Assembly (NCBI GenBank): GCA_963720565.1 | Contig: CAVRFW010000005.1 | Coordinates: 32,001-96,000 of the forward strand | DNA: 64,000 nucleotides | Origin: Candidatus Bathyarchaeota archaeon | Lineage (GTDB): Archaea; Thermoproteota; Bathyarchaeia; Bathyarchaeales; Bathycorpusculaceae | Direction of reading: 5' to 3' | Part shown: positions 18,991-28,459 of the stretch, in pieces | Position numbering within the stretch: position 1 is the stretch's first letter | Layout of the letters: each line of letters begins with the position of its first letter | Notes under the pieces: model-generated | What the model was told of the DNA's origin: nothing | Database searches by the model: none | Seen by the model: only the letters and a program-made list of their open reading frames with translations | Program-made: the position numbers and the translations under genes

Positions 18991-19965
18991 ATGGTTACCT
19001 CAATCGATAACAAGCTTGAAATTCTGAGTTACGATGAAGCAGAAAAGGTTTTCAACGTTAAGTCCCCCGCTGGGAACACTGTGAAAGTGCAAGATACTTT
19101 CGCCGAGATGTTTCCCTTGTGGGCTGGAAGAATTCTAATTACAGCGGAAAACGAAAGATGGGCGGAAATTGCTGCAAATGTGACTACGGGTTTTGCCACA
19201 AGCGTCATTATGGCGCCAGCGGAGGCGGCAATTGAAAGGTTTGTGCCGGCTTCTGAAACGCCTGATAATCGTCCGGGAGCACTTGTGCAAATCTATAATC
19301 GCGATCGTTTTGAATTGAAGCATCAACTTATGGAACGCATTGGGCAATGCATTATGACTTGCCCAACGACTACGGCATTCAATGGTTTGACAGGCAGAAG
19401 AGTGCTTAGAGTCGGCAGTAGTTTGCGTTATTTTGGCGATGGATTCCAGAAGAAAGCTTTGGTTAATGGGAGAAAATGCTGGAAAATTCCTGTCATGGAA
19501 GGTAACTTTCTGGTTGAAGACGGTTTTGGAGCCCAAGAAGCTGTAGCCGGCGGCAACTTCATGATATTTGCTGAGAACCAGCAGGCAGGCCTCAGAGCTG
19601 GAGAGGCAGCGGCAGACGCTATACGAAAGTACGCGCCAGACGTTATCATGCCGTTCCCGGGTGGAGTGTGCAGAGCAGGCAGCAAAGCCGGATCGTTGAA
19701 GTATAAGATGAAGGCTTCCACGAATCATCCGTACTGTCCTACATTGAGAACGCTTGTGCCTGATTCGGTGGTTCCCGAAAACGTTGAAAGCGTCTATGAG
19801 ATCGTTATGAACGGTTTGAGCTTGGACGCCGTTAAGAACGCTATGAAACAGGGTGTGACCGCAGCCGCAGGCTTTCCGGGCGTTGTGAAGATTTCATCCG
19901 GTAACTACGGTGGAAAACTCGGGCCTTTCAAGGCGTTCCTGAAAGAGGCGATTGGAGCACAGTAA
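18991..19965 (+). CDS. ftr: Formylmethanofuran:tetrahydromethanopterin formyltransferase
   Basis: DTFAEMF, TGFATSVI, RIGQCIMTCPTT, FPGGVCRAGSK.GS, ASTN, GNYGGKLG. Confidence 0.95.
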   Translation: MVTSIDNKLEILSYDEAEKVFNVKSPAGNTVKVQDTFAEMFPLWAGRILITAENERWAEIAANVTTGFATSVIMAPAEAAIERFVPASETPDNRPGALVQIYNRDRFELKHQLMERIGQCIMTCPTTTAFNGLTGRRVLRVGSSLRYFGDGFQKKALVNGRKCWKIPVMEGNFLVEDGFGAQEAVAGGNFMIFAENQQAGLRAGEAAADAIRKYAPDVIMPFPGGVCRAGSKAGSLKYKMKASTNHPYCPTLRTLVPDSVVPENVESVYEIVMNGLSLDAVKNAMKQGVTAAAGFPGVVKISSGNYGGKLGPFKAFLKEAIGAQ

Positions 19966-20079
19966 CTGCTTTTTTGAAGTAGCATCTTTTGTCTTAACCT
20001 ACACAGCCTAAGTTATGATTTAAGGCAAATTCACGGTTAATACAATTGAGCACCGCGAAAGAGGCGTCCCTTGAGTTTT

Positions 20080-20367
20080 TCAGACTTGCGTGCGCTTGCC
20101 GGCTATTACTTGTTCAATGTTGGCTTTTTCGGAGTCTGCTATTAGGAGTCTTTTTTGTCTTGATGTTGAGCCTGAGATTATTTCTACTTTGGCGTGGAAG
20201 ATTCTTGAGAGTTCTTTTATGATTTCCTTGTTTACTTTTCCCTCTACTGGTTCTTCGGTTGAATAGATAGTTATTTCGTCGTTATCGGCTATAATATTGA
20301 ATTTGTGAGAGTTTGGTTTTACAAATACTTCGATTAGGACACCATGTTTCGTTTGTGTGATTTTCAT
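20080..20367 (-). CDS. DUF167/YggU-family protein
   Basis: V.VKPNS, PVEGKVNKE, IISGSTSRQK; ATGA overlap with topIB stop. Confidence 0.88.
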   Translation of the reverse strand: MKITQTKHGVLIEVFVKPNSHKFNIIADNDEITIYSTEEPVEGKVNKEIIKELSRIFHAKVEIISGSTSRQKRLLIADSEKANIEQVIAGKRTQV

Positions 20368-22011
20368 GCTGTGATGCACTCGGCGCTGGTTCTGCCTCCG
20401 CTTTGGAGGGCCCAACTGAACTTCTTTCGGAGCGTTGCAGGGTAGAACTTTTCCAGGTTGAAGTCGACTTTTTTAGCCCATTTGACGTAGGCTTTTGGGT
20501 CAATGTAAGATTTGAGGGAAGTACCCAGATTGTATTCTTTCGTGAGTTTGGTCAGCTCTAAGTCGAGTTTGGCTTTTTCTATTCTAGTAGTCAGGGATTC
20601 GGTTTTCTTGCCTTCGGCTTTTTTCTGTTTAAGCTGGGTTTCCATTTGTTTTAGTTTTTCGTCTTTCTTGGCGAGACGTTCATCGAAGGTAGGTGGGACT
20701 TTGCGTTTGTGGTTTGCAACTTCGGCTACCTTGAGGTTTGCCTTCTTCGCGGCGTAGTTCTTGAGGTATTCGGGGTCTTCTTTTCCTATTCCGCTCTTGT
20801 CGAGTTCTTCGTTTACGGTTTTTGTGCATCTCCAAGTGCGGAAAACCTTGGCGGTTAGTCCAGGCATCTTTTCTGAGAGGAACCGTGAGACTTTTTTGGA
20901 GTCTACTCCTTCGAAGAGGTATTCCTTGCTTGTTTTTGAGTATTCTCTTATGTTTCTGATGACTGAGGGCGGGGCCTTGACTGTTTTTATCCATCTGACT
21001 GAGTCTTTGCCTAAAAAGTCGAAGTGTAATGTGTCGTCCTCAATTTTAATGTGTTCAGATCTCAGCGTGATTGCGCCAACAGTGTCTGCTTCGTCAGGGT
21101 CTTTTTCGTCGCCGACCCTCATGTTTGGGTTGAGTATGAGCCAGCAGACAGTGGATACTTTCCGTTTTCCCTCGTCTTTGGAGTCGAGGTTTCTCATTAT
21201 GTGCTCTTCAATCTTTCCGATTTGCTTGCCCAAAGCTTCGGCTTTCTTGAATTTCTCTTTCTCGCGGTTTTGCTTTAGAAAAGCAGAGTCGCTGAACCAG
21301 ACGTACTTGATTTTTCCCGTTAGCTTGTCTTCCCATTTAGCCACGTACATCCTGTCTGGTTCCCACACAGTTTTCCAGCCTTCCAGTTTTGGTGCGTCAG
21401 GAGACAAGTTGAGAATTATGTCCTCTTTGCTTGGGCCTTCTTTCCATCTTCCACGCTGTGGGTGATCTCCGCGTCCGGCGAATAGGCATGAGGGTTCTGA
21501 GGTCCAGTTTGCTACTTCCAGTTTTTGCCCATCAACTTCAGCTACGCCGTATTTGGCTTTCATTTCTTCTCTGATTACTTTTCTTTCTGCTGCTTTCTGT
21601 TTCTTCTCGGCCTGCGACATTGTTTCTTTAGTTAGTCTTTCCTGTTTCACGAAATCCGTGATTTGGCTAAAGTCGATGTCTTTGTGGATAGGAGAGATCA
21701 GAGTTGCCGATGTCGGTTCCACTGTAACTGCGGATTTTCTTGTTGTATTCTGACGAGAAGTTTTCCATGAATTGTAGTGAAGGGTTTTCGCGTTTTAGTT
21801 GTTCTAGGAATTCGTGCATAAAGTTTTCCATGAATACTTTGTCAGGTGGAGACAGTTCAGACTGCCTTTTTCTGATCCATGCGATTGCCATCTGCTCGGT
21901 CTTGGAACTCAAGGGGATTGTTGTCCCACGAATTTTGACTTTGAATCCTTTGTGCTCGTATTGCGGAATGTATATGCCCTGGTGTTTTAGGCTTTTCATG
22001 ACCTGTTTCAT
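20364..22011 (-). CDS. DNA topoisomerase IB (eukaryote-like); frameshift near 21730-21755
   Basis: FAGRGDHPQRG, MRVGDEK, DTVG, FDFLGKDS, KVFRTW, ANHKR, TSLKSYIDP (catalytic Tyr). Confidence 0.92.
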
Positions 22012-22170
22012 ATGGTGATCCTCTTGTAATGGGTTTGAAATGTGTTTGATTTCACTGTTTGAAACCTTTCAACTTAGCTTCTAAGCTTCTATGGCTTTTT
22101 TACTTTTTGTGCTTAGAATATAGTTTCTGTTTTCAGTCTTTCTCGCGCCTTAAAAATGTTCACTGCCAGT

Positions 22171-22587
22171 CTACTTGGAAAGGTATGAGGCAAGTCCAGA
22201 TTTTTTTGAGGCTCTATTGCGCTGTAGTTTAATGTAAAGTTGTTCGACGATTTTTCGTTCCACGTACCCTTTGTGGGGCCGGAAGCCGCCTGAAAAACCG
22301 CCTGGGATGTGCAGGAGCTCGTGAATCAGAGTTTTCTCTTTGTCCTCTTTGGACATTTTGTCGTATATTTCAGAGATAACCTCGATCGTGTAGGAAGGTG
22401 GTATGTTGAGGACACCCTGCCAGATTTTGCCTAAGCCGTGGATTCGCGCGATTGTTCTTCTGGCTTTTGAGCCTTTGGAGCGGACGCAGAAAACGAATTG
22501 CGGTACAACGTGGTACAACTCCAAGTCAGAAGCGATCTGGTCTACTTGTTGTTTGATTTCGGGGGCGTCATAATACTTAATCGGCAT
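22171..22587 (-). CDS. Putative zinc metallopeptidase
   Basis: ARIHGL..IWQ, IHELLHIP..FSGG.RPH. Confidence 0.82.
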   Translation of the reverse strand: MPIKYYDAPEIKQQVDQIASDLELYHVVPQFVFCVRSKGSKARRTIARIHGLGKIWQGVLNIPPSYTIEVISEIYDKMSKEDKEKTLIHELLHIPGGFSGGFRPHKGYVERKIVEQLYIKLQRNRASKKSGLASYLSK

Positions 22588-22668
22588 AGTTCTTATCTTC
22601 AGATTGGGTATAGGTCATTGGATCAATTCGAGTTAAAAAGGTAACGTGTGAAGCTAGTTTCCAATGCC

Positions 22669-25600
22669 CTAAGGGAAAAATCCCCCTGAGGGACCAAGCC
22701 TCGTAACCTTAGTGTAGATGGTGAAACTAGTGTACTTGGTTCCAGGTGTATAAGTTCCACCTGAGTAGAGACCGTCAATGATCGTGCCAGTGCAGCTTCC
22801 TCCAACATAGACATCATAAGTGGAGCCCAATGCGAGACTAGGAAGCGAAAAAACTATCGACTGATACTGTTTCGTAGGCTTTAAGGTGAAGATCCCAGTT
22901 CCGTCGCTGGCTTGGACATGGATTAGAGTGCCTGCTGGATATGGAGACCGGAAATTTAGCATAACCGAATATTGAGTCGACAGATTCCCAGGAGGCAAAG
23001 CCATACCTGAACTTCCCACCGCATACAGAAAGCCACCAGTGATGTTGAACGCAATGTGATCCAAAGCGCTATTCATGTTAGACGATGGACCGTCAACCAG
23101 CACATAGCCGCCAGTCATCACTACTGCGCCATTTGAGTCAATACCATCTCCCAACGCGTTAACCGCGAGATACCCGCCGTTGATATAGAGATAGTAGTTG
23201 CCTGTGTATGTGGAGAAGCCTATCCCTTGACCTGGACCCGGAAAACCGGAATCAACTCCCATGTTTATGCCGTCATCGCGCGAAACAACATGGATGACTC
23301 CGTTGTTGATTGTCACAACCGGAGCTTCAATGCCCTCGTAAGATCTTGGGATACTAATCTCTCCATTGTTTATTGTAATTGAGGAGTCAGCGTGAATTCC
23401 ATCGTCTCCCGTAGAAAGGACTAGAGAACCGCCATTGATAGCCACATTCCCATTCGAGTGAACGGCATCGTCAGCCGAGTCAATCACAAAAACACCTGCA
23501 TCAATCGTCACACCAACAGCCCCCTTAATGCCCTTCGCGGAAACAACTCCAACTGCCCCACTACTACCCCCTCCAGACACCAGATTGAAGCTTCCACTAG
23601 TGACTAAAACGTTCCCCGCGGCATCAACAGCGTCTCCGCCGGACCGGATACCTATCACACCGCCCCTAACAGATATGTAGCCCATCGTGGCATCCACCAT
23701 ATTGTCGGATTTCAAACCGTCACCACCAACATCCAAAACAAGATTTCCACCGTTAGCAACGAGAAAGTCTTTACCCCGAATGCCGTCGTCAACCGCACTA
23801 ATTGTGATATTGCCACTCTCAATGGTCAACCCGTCTTTGCTCGCGACACCATCATTAAAGTTACCCTCAACATTCAACGAGCCACTGCCCAAGATTACAA
23901 GATTAGATCTGCAGAAGATAGCCGCATTCGGCTCATCCACGCCAGGATTCGCGAAAATATAGGAAGTCCCATCTGACACAGAATTCTCAGTGCCCGCTTC
24001 GAGAGAGAGGATAACATCTTCAGCGTCCAAAACGCAGATTGGAGCACTCGTGGAACAACTAACATGGGAACCGTTCAAAATCAGTTTCACGACACCGGAG
24101 TCCTTTGTGTTAACGATTATTTGCCCATCATTCAAGGAGCCAACTATTCTGTAGGTTCCAGCATACCTGATTGTCAGTTTGCTGCCGTTGACAACCGCAG
24201 GGCGCGAAGAACTAACCGTTATCGAGTTCCCGTTCAGAGCTACATCAACAACCATGGCGGTATCCCATGGTTCATCTCCTGGATCCTGAGATGAATTCGC
24301 AATATCGATGTCTCCATCGGCAATCTGCACAGAACCATCAGCGTAGATTGTTTCATCGCCAGACAATAGAACAAGAGAGCCTCCTCTCACTGTTACCACC
24401 CCATTAGAGTGGAGAGCATCATCAGCCGAATCGATATCAAAAGTGCCGCCGTTTATGGTCACACTAACCGAGGCTTTGATGCCTTTCGCAGAAGCGCCTG
24501 TACTTATAATGCTGTTGCTACCCCCGCCCGAAGTCAGACGAAAGTTTCCACCGTCAATCAATATGTTCTTCTCAGCTTGAATAGCATCCCCGCCAGACGA
24601 GATACCTATCACGCCTTTTACTATCGATACAATCCCAGAGTTCGGGTTTCCGATAATTGCTACGGCATCTATGCCGTCGTCGCTTGAAACGATGTTTATG
24701 TCTCCATCGTTAAGGGTGACAATGGCGCTTTCTATGCCCTCGAAGGATTGCAGGATGTCGATGTCTCCGCCATTAATCTCAACAGAACCGTCAGCGTGAA
24801 TAGCGTCATCCCCAGATGAAAGAACGGTAAAGCCACCGTTCACTGTTACGGTTCCGTTTGAACGTATTGTATTGTTCCCAGAGCTGTTAGTGTTAGTATT
24901 TTGGGTGTCTGCAATTGCGTGTATGGCGTCTATGGTTGAGGTAATGTTTAGATTGCCGTCATTGATGGTGACAGCAGCACCTTCGATACCCTCGACAGAT
25001 TTTGCGACGTTGATGTCTCCTTTATTGACGTCCACAGAGCAGTCAGCGTGAATGGCGTCATCGCCAGATGAAATTGTAAAAGATCCCTCGTTCAACGTTA
25101 CCGTTCCATTCGAATGAAGAGCATCATCAGCCGAATCAATCTCGAAAGTCCCGCCGCTAATAATCACGCTAGCAAGTCCTTTGATGCCTTTTGCAGAAAC
25201 ACTATTCGCAATAACGCGGCCACTTCCCCCACCAGACTTTAGGCTAAAATTTCCATCGGTAATCAAAACGTCTTTCTCTGCCTGAACAGCGTCTCCGGCT
25301 GAGACAATGCTAATCGTCCCTTCTTCAACCGATACGTAACCTAACGTGGCGTTCTCTGCGTTATCAGATTTCAAACCGTCACCACCAACATTCAAGTCGA
25401 TGCTGCCCCCCTTGACAATGATGTAGTCTCTGCCTCGGATGCCATCATCTACCGATTGGACAGTGATGGTGCCACTTTGAATAACCAGCCCATCTTTACT
25501 TGCTATGCCGTCATTGTAGTTCCCGATAACCCTCAACGAACCCTCACCGGAAAAAGTCAAATCAGATTTGCTGAAGATAGCTGCGTTAGGCTCGTCCTCA

Positions 25601-26028
25601 TTGGGACTATCATAAACATATGATAGCCCATCTCCTACAAAGTTTTGGGTGTCAGCTTCGAGAAAGATGACAGCTTCTTCGGCATCTATGACACAGATCG
25701 GAGAGCTTGTGGAACAGTTAATAGTGACGCCGTTAAAGATGAGTTTCACTGGTCCATCATCTTGGGTGTAAACGATTATCTGGCCATCGCTTAGAGAGCC
25801 ACTTATCTTGTACGTGCCCGAAGACCCAATAGTCATCCTGCTGCCGTTGACGACTGCGCGGCTTGGCGAACTGACAGTGATAGAATTTCCCTGCAACTCC
25901 ACATAGACGATCTCTGAACTGTCAACGGGACTGTCACCGGGAGAATGAGACACTAACAGCTGGTATCCTACAAAGAATGCCAGCATAGAAATGCACGCAA
26001 TTGCCACAGCCACTAGACCCTTGTCCAT
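22669..26028 (-). CDS. Membrane-anchored Cthe_2159/DUF4353-like beta-helix carbohydrate-binding protein (internally duplicated)
   Basis: N-terminal TM; GTY.ISGSL.DGQIIV, EPNAAIF, repeated DDAIH/DDALHSNG/DGIDSNG coils. Confidence 0.85.
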   Translation of the reverse strand: MDKGLVAVAIACISMLAFFVGYQLLVSHSPGDSPVDSSEIVYVELQGNSITVSSPSRAVVNGSRMTIGSSGTYKISGSLSDGQIIVYTQDDGPVKLIFNGVTINCSTSSPICVIDAEEAVIFLEADTQNFVGDGLSYVYDSPNEDEPNAAIFSKSDLTFSGEGSLRVIGNYNDGIASKDGLVIQSGTITVQSVDDGIRGRDYIIVKGGSIDLNVGGDGLKSDNAENATLGYVSVEEGTISIVSAGDAVQAEKDVLITDGNFSLKSGGGSGRVIANSVSAKGIKGLASVIISGGTFEIDSADDALHSNGTVTLNEGSFTISSGDDAIHADCSVDVNKGDINVAKSVEGIEGAAVTINDGNLNITSTIDAIHAIADTQNTNTNSSGNNTIRSNGTVTVNGGFTVLSSGDDAIHADGSVEINGGDIDILQSFEGIESAIVTLNDGDINIVSSDDGIDAVAIIGNPNSGIVSIVKGVIGISSGGDAIQAEKNILIDGGNFRLTSGGGSNSIISTGASAKGIKASVSVTINGGTFDIDSADDALHSNGVVTVRGGSLVLLSGDETIYADGSVQIADGDIDIANSSQDPGDEPWDTAMVVDVALNGNSITVSSSRPAVVNGSKLTIRYAGTYRIVGSLNDGQIIVNTKDSGVVKLILNGSHVSCSTSAPICVLDAEDVILSLEAGTENSVSDGTSYIFANPGVDEPNAAIFCRSNLVILGSGSLNVEGNFNDGVASKDGLTIESGNITISAVDDGIRGKDFLVANGGNLVLDVGGDGLKSDNMVDATMGYISVRGGVIGIRSGGDAVDAAGNVLVTSGSFNLVSGGGSSGAVGVVSAKGIKGAVGVTIDAGVFVIDSADDAVHSNGNVAINGGSLVLSTGDDGIHADSSITINNGEISIPRSYEGIEAPVVTINNGVIHVVSRDDGINMGVDSGFPGPGQGIGFSTYTGNYYLYINGGYLAVNALGDGIDSNGAVVMTGGYVLVDGPSSNMNSALDHIAFNITGGFLYAVGSSGMALPPGNLSTQYSVMLNFRSPYPAGTLIHVQASDGTGIFTLKPTKQYQSIVFSLPSLALGSTYDVYVGGSCTGTIIDGLYSGGTYTPGTKYTSFTIYTKVTRLGPSGGFFP

Positions 26029-26088
26029 GTCTCAATTCCACCGTTCGCAAGCTCTAATAATCTTTCGCCAAGAGATGACAGAATCAAG

Positions 26089-26839
26089 TTATTCAGCACC
26101 CTTGCATTGCAGGATGCAAGCTGGATTTCCGGCCCTCAACATGTCCTGATCCCTGCACATAACAAACTTGCCCACAGCAGACTGCGGACGAATCGTATCG
26201 GGAAACAAACCGCAGATGAAGAGAGGAAGCACTTCATCGTACTTTATCTCCAGAATAACATCGGATTCCTTGACAATGCTCATTGTGCAAATGTCGCGGT
26301 CAAAAAAGGAGACCAGACCCAAACCCATTCGCAATCCTGTGTCAAATGTTATCCGAACATTGCCCACAGGGTGAAAATAGGCTATGTCGCTCATACTCAA
26401 CAACAGCAACGGGTTTGATGAGGTTGCAGCGACATTCTTGATAGAAATCTCGGAGAAGTTGATGGTCCGAATTAGCCAGGAAACCGACGTCTCCAGCAAT
26501 AATGCGATCAGCCTCTTCCCGAGTGAGCCTCACAGTCTCCTTGAAAACGTATCTCTGAATCTTCGTCTTCCGCTCAAACTTGATGACTAAATCGCTGCGA
26601 TTGTATATGCGAATGCGATATTTCTTGCGTCTGTAAACGCCTGCCTGCTTTTCCCAATAAGCCGAGTTCCTGAAATCATCGAAATACAGGCTTCTAATGT
26701 GGTATCGACCATTAGCCTCCATATGAGGGTCAGGCTTGAGAACCATAGCAAGGTTCTTATGCAGAACGTCAAACTGCAGGCGGTCGATTCTGTACTTAAG
26801 TTCATGTCTCAAGCATGAAGCTCTACGGCTATCCATCAT
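26089..26839 (-). CDS. VTC-domain (polyphosphate polymerase-like, CYTH) protein; frameshift near 26388
   Basis: RHELKY, IRSLYFDD, KYRIRIY, FERK; one-base correction gives EYERIAY...VRITFD...ILEIKY. Confidence 0.88.
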
Positions 26840-27468
26840 TCTTCCTCCGTCCTCGCACCCTGCCGCTCAAAACCACCAAAACGCACACCGCAAGAGACAA
26901 TGCGATGAAAACCCAAACAGGCCAATCCGAAGAAACGCCAGTCCTGAGGATTCTCCATGTTTGCTTCGCCTGCGGTTGGATTCAGTATGTAACTCCAAGT
27001 TGAGCTTCCATCAGGCAGCCGCCCATAAGAAACATCCCTGAGTTGCTTACCAAACGAAACCTGATCAATAACAGTTACACCATCAGTAGACAAAAGAGTC
27101 AAGGTTCCCCCATTCGCGTTCGGTGAAAAATTGGTGTGAAGCATCCCCGCCCCCGAACCTCTATTACCCCAAACCAAAAGAAAACTGCCAGGAGCCACTA
27201 CGGTGCCATTTGGAAACTGCCAATTAATGCTGCTCAGTTCTTCGGTGAGGTACATTCCGCTTAGGTCAACCGATGTGTTGCCACTATTGTAAAGCTCAAT
27301 CCAGTCCGGAAAAGTCATATAAGGTCCCCCAACAGCAGCATCGTTGTCAGCCATGAACTCGTTTATAACCAGACTGCTGCTTGAATCCCCGGCCGCTACA
27401 GCAAGCACTGACAGCAATATGAGCAGCGCAGTTAATACAGCAAGCACTGAATTCTTCGTAATATTCAC
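26829..27468 (-). CDS. Secreted lamin-tail-domain protein with C-terminal TM anchor; frameshift near 26945
   Basis: Signal peptide; LVINEFMADN, DWIELYN, DLSGMYLT, SYGRLPDG; shifted frame gives ...WPVWVFIALSLAVCVLVVLSGRVRGRRK. Confidence 0.82.
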
Positions 27469-27533
27469 CTATTAGTGAAAGCCATTTGGGATTTTACTAA
27501 ACCGTTTTTTCCTATGTGGTTGCCGGCACGGTT

Positions 27534-28197
27534 TTAGGATGAATCGGATCTGTAGCTGACGATTGATGCGTCTTTTACGCCTTTTATCTTCAGGAGCTCG
27601 TCTACCTTAACAGCGTCTTTGTTGCTCATTCTTACTTCTCCCATGAACTCTACGCCGTCAGCGTTAACCGTTCGAGATCGAAGCCTGTATCGAGGTAGAG
27701 CAGCCTGAACTGCTTCTTCAGCATCACTCGCATAATGAACTACTAGCAAATATGGGTCAGGACCGCGAAAGCTAGTACGCTCCAGCACCAATAGCAGACA
27801 GACCGATTACTGGAACACCGACGATTGCAATCATGTACAAACCTGCACCGCAGATAATTCCTACAGCTATAGACCAGAAAGTGAAAACAATGTCTTTCGG
27901 ATCTTTGATAGCAGTGCGAAAACGGATGATGCTAAGGGCACCCACCATTCCAAGGGATAAGGCGATGTTGGAGCTTATCGGCAAAACAACCAGAGCCACG
28001 ACCAAACCAGTTAAAACTAAACCGACGTTAAACTCTCGAGTGTAAACTACACCCTTGAAGGTTTTTCTGTAAATGTAGAAAATAAACAAGTTAATAACGA
28101 ATGTCACAATGAGCGCCACCAAAACACGGTCTATTGTTAGCGATTGATAGGTGTTTGGCGGGTTTAAGAAGTCGGTTATAAACTGTTCCCAATCCAT
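27534..28197 (-). CDS. DUF4956-family membrane protein (MgtC/SapB-like); frameshift near 27798
   Basis: SNIALSLGMVGALSIIRFRTAIKDP.D..F.FWSIAVG. Confidence 0.88.
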
Positions 28198-28459
28198 TTA
28201 GGCCAACTCACACGTCTTTTCCTGCTATTTACTATATAGTTTTTGCGTCTTTTCAATTTGGATAGCATCTATTCGTGTTCCTAAATTCGTTTTGAAGACG
28301 GACATTTCCCTCTCTACGTCTGAGTGCTTCTCCGTTAGAAAATCATGGCTTGATATGCCCCTCAACCTGAGGCAAACAAGAAACACTCATTAGAATATTC
28401 AGCAGCAGCTACGTGCGCTAAAGTGATTAGTGTCATTCCGAATTTTCCTGCGCAGTTGG

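Noticed and set aside
28246..28395. H/ACA-like double hairpin upstream of the DUF4956 promoter
   Set aside because: Stems imperfect and no K-turn/K-loop; could be chance
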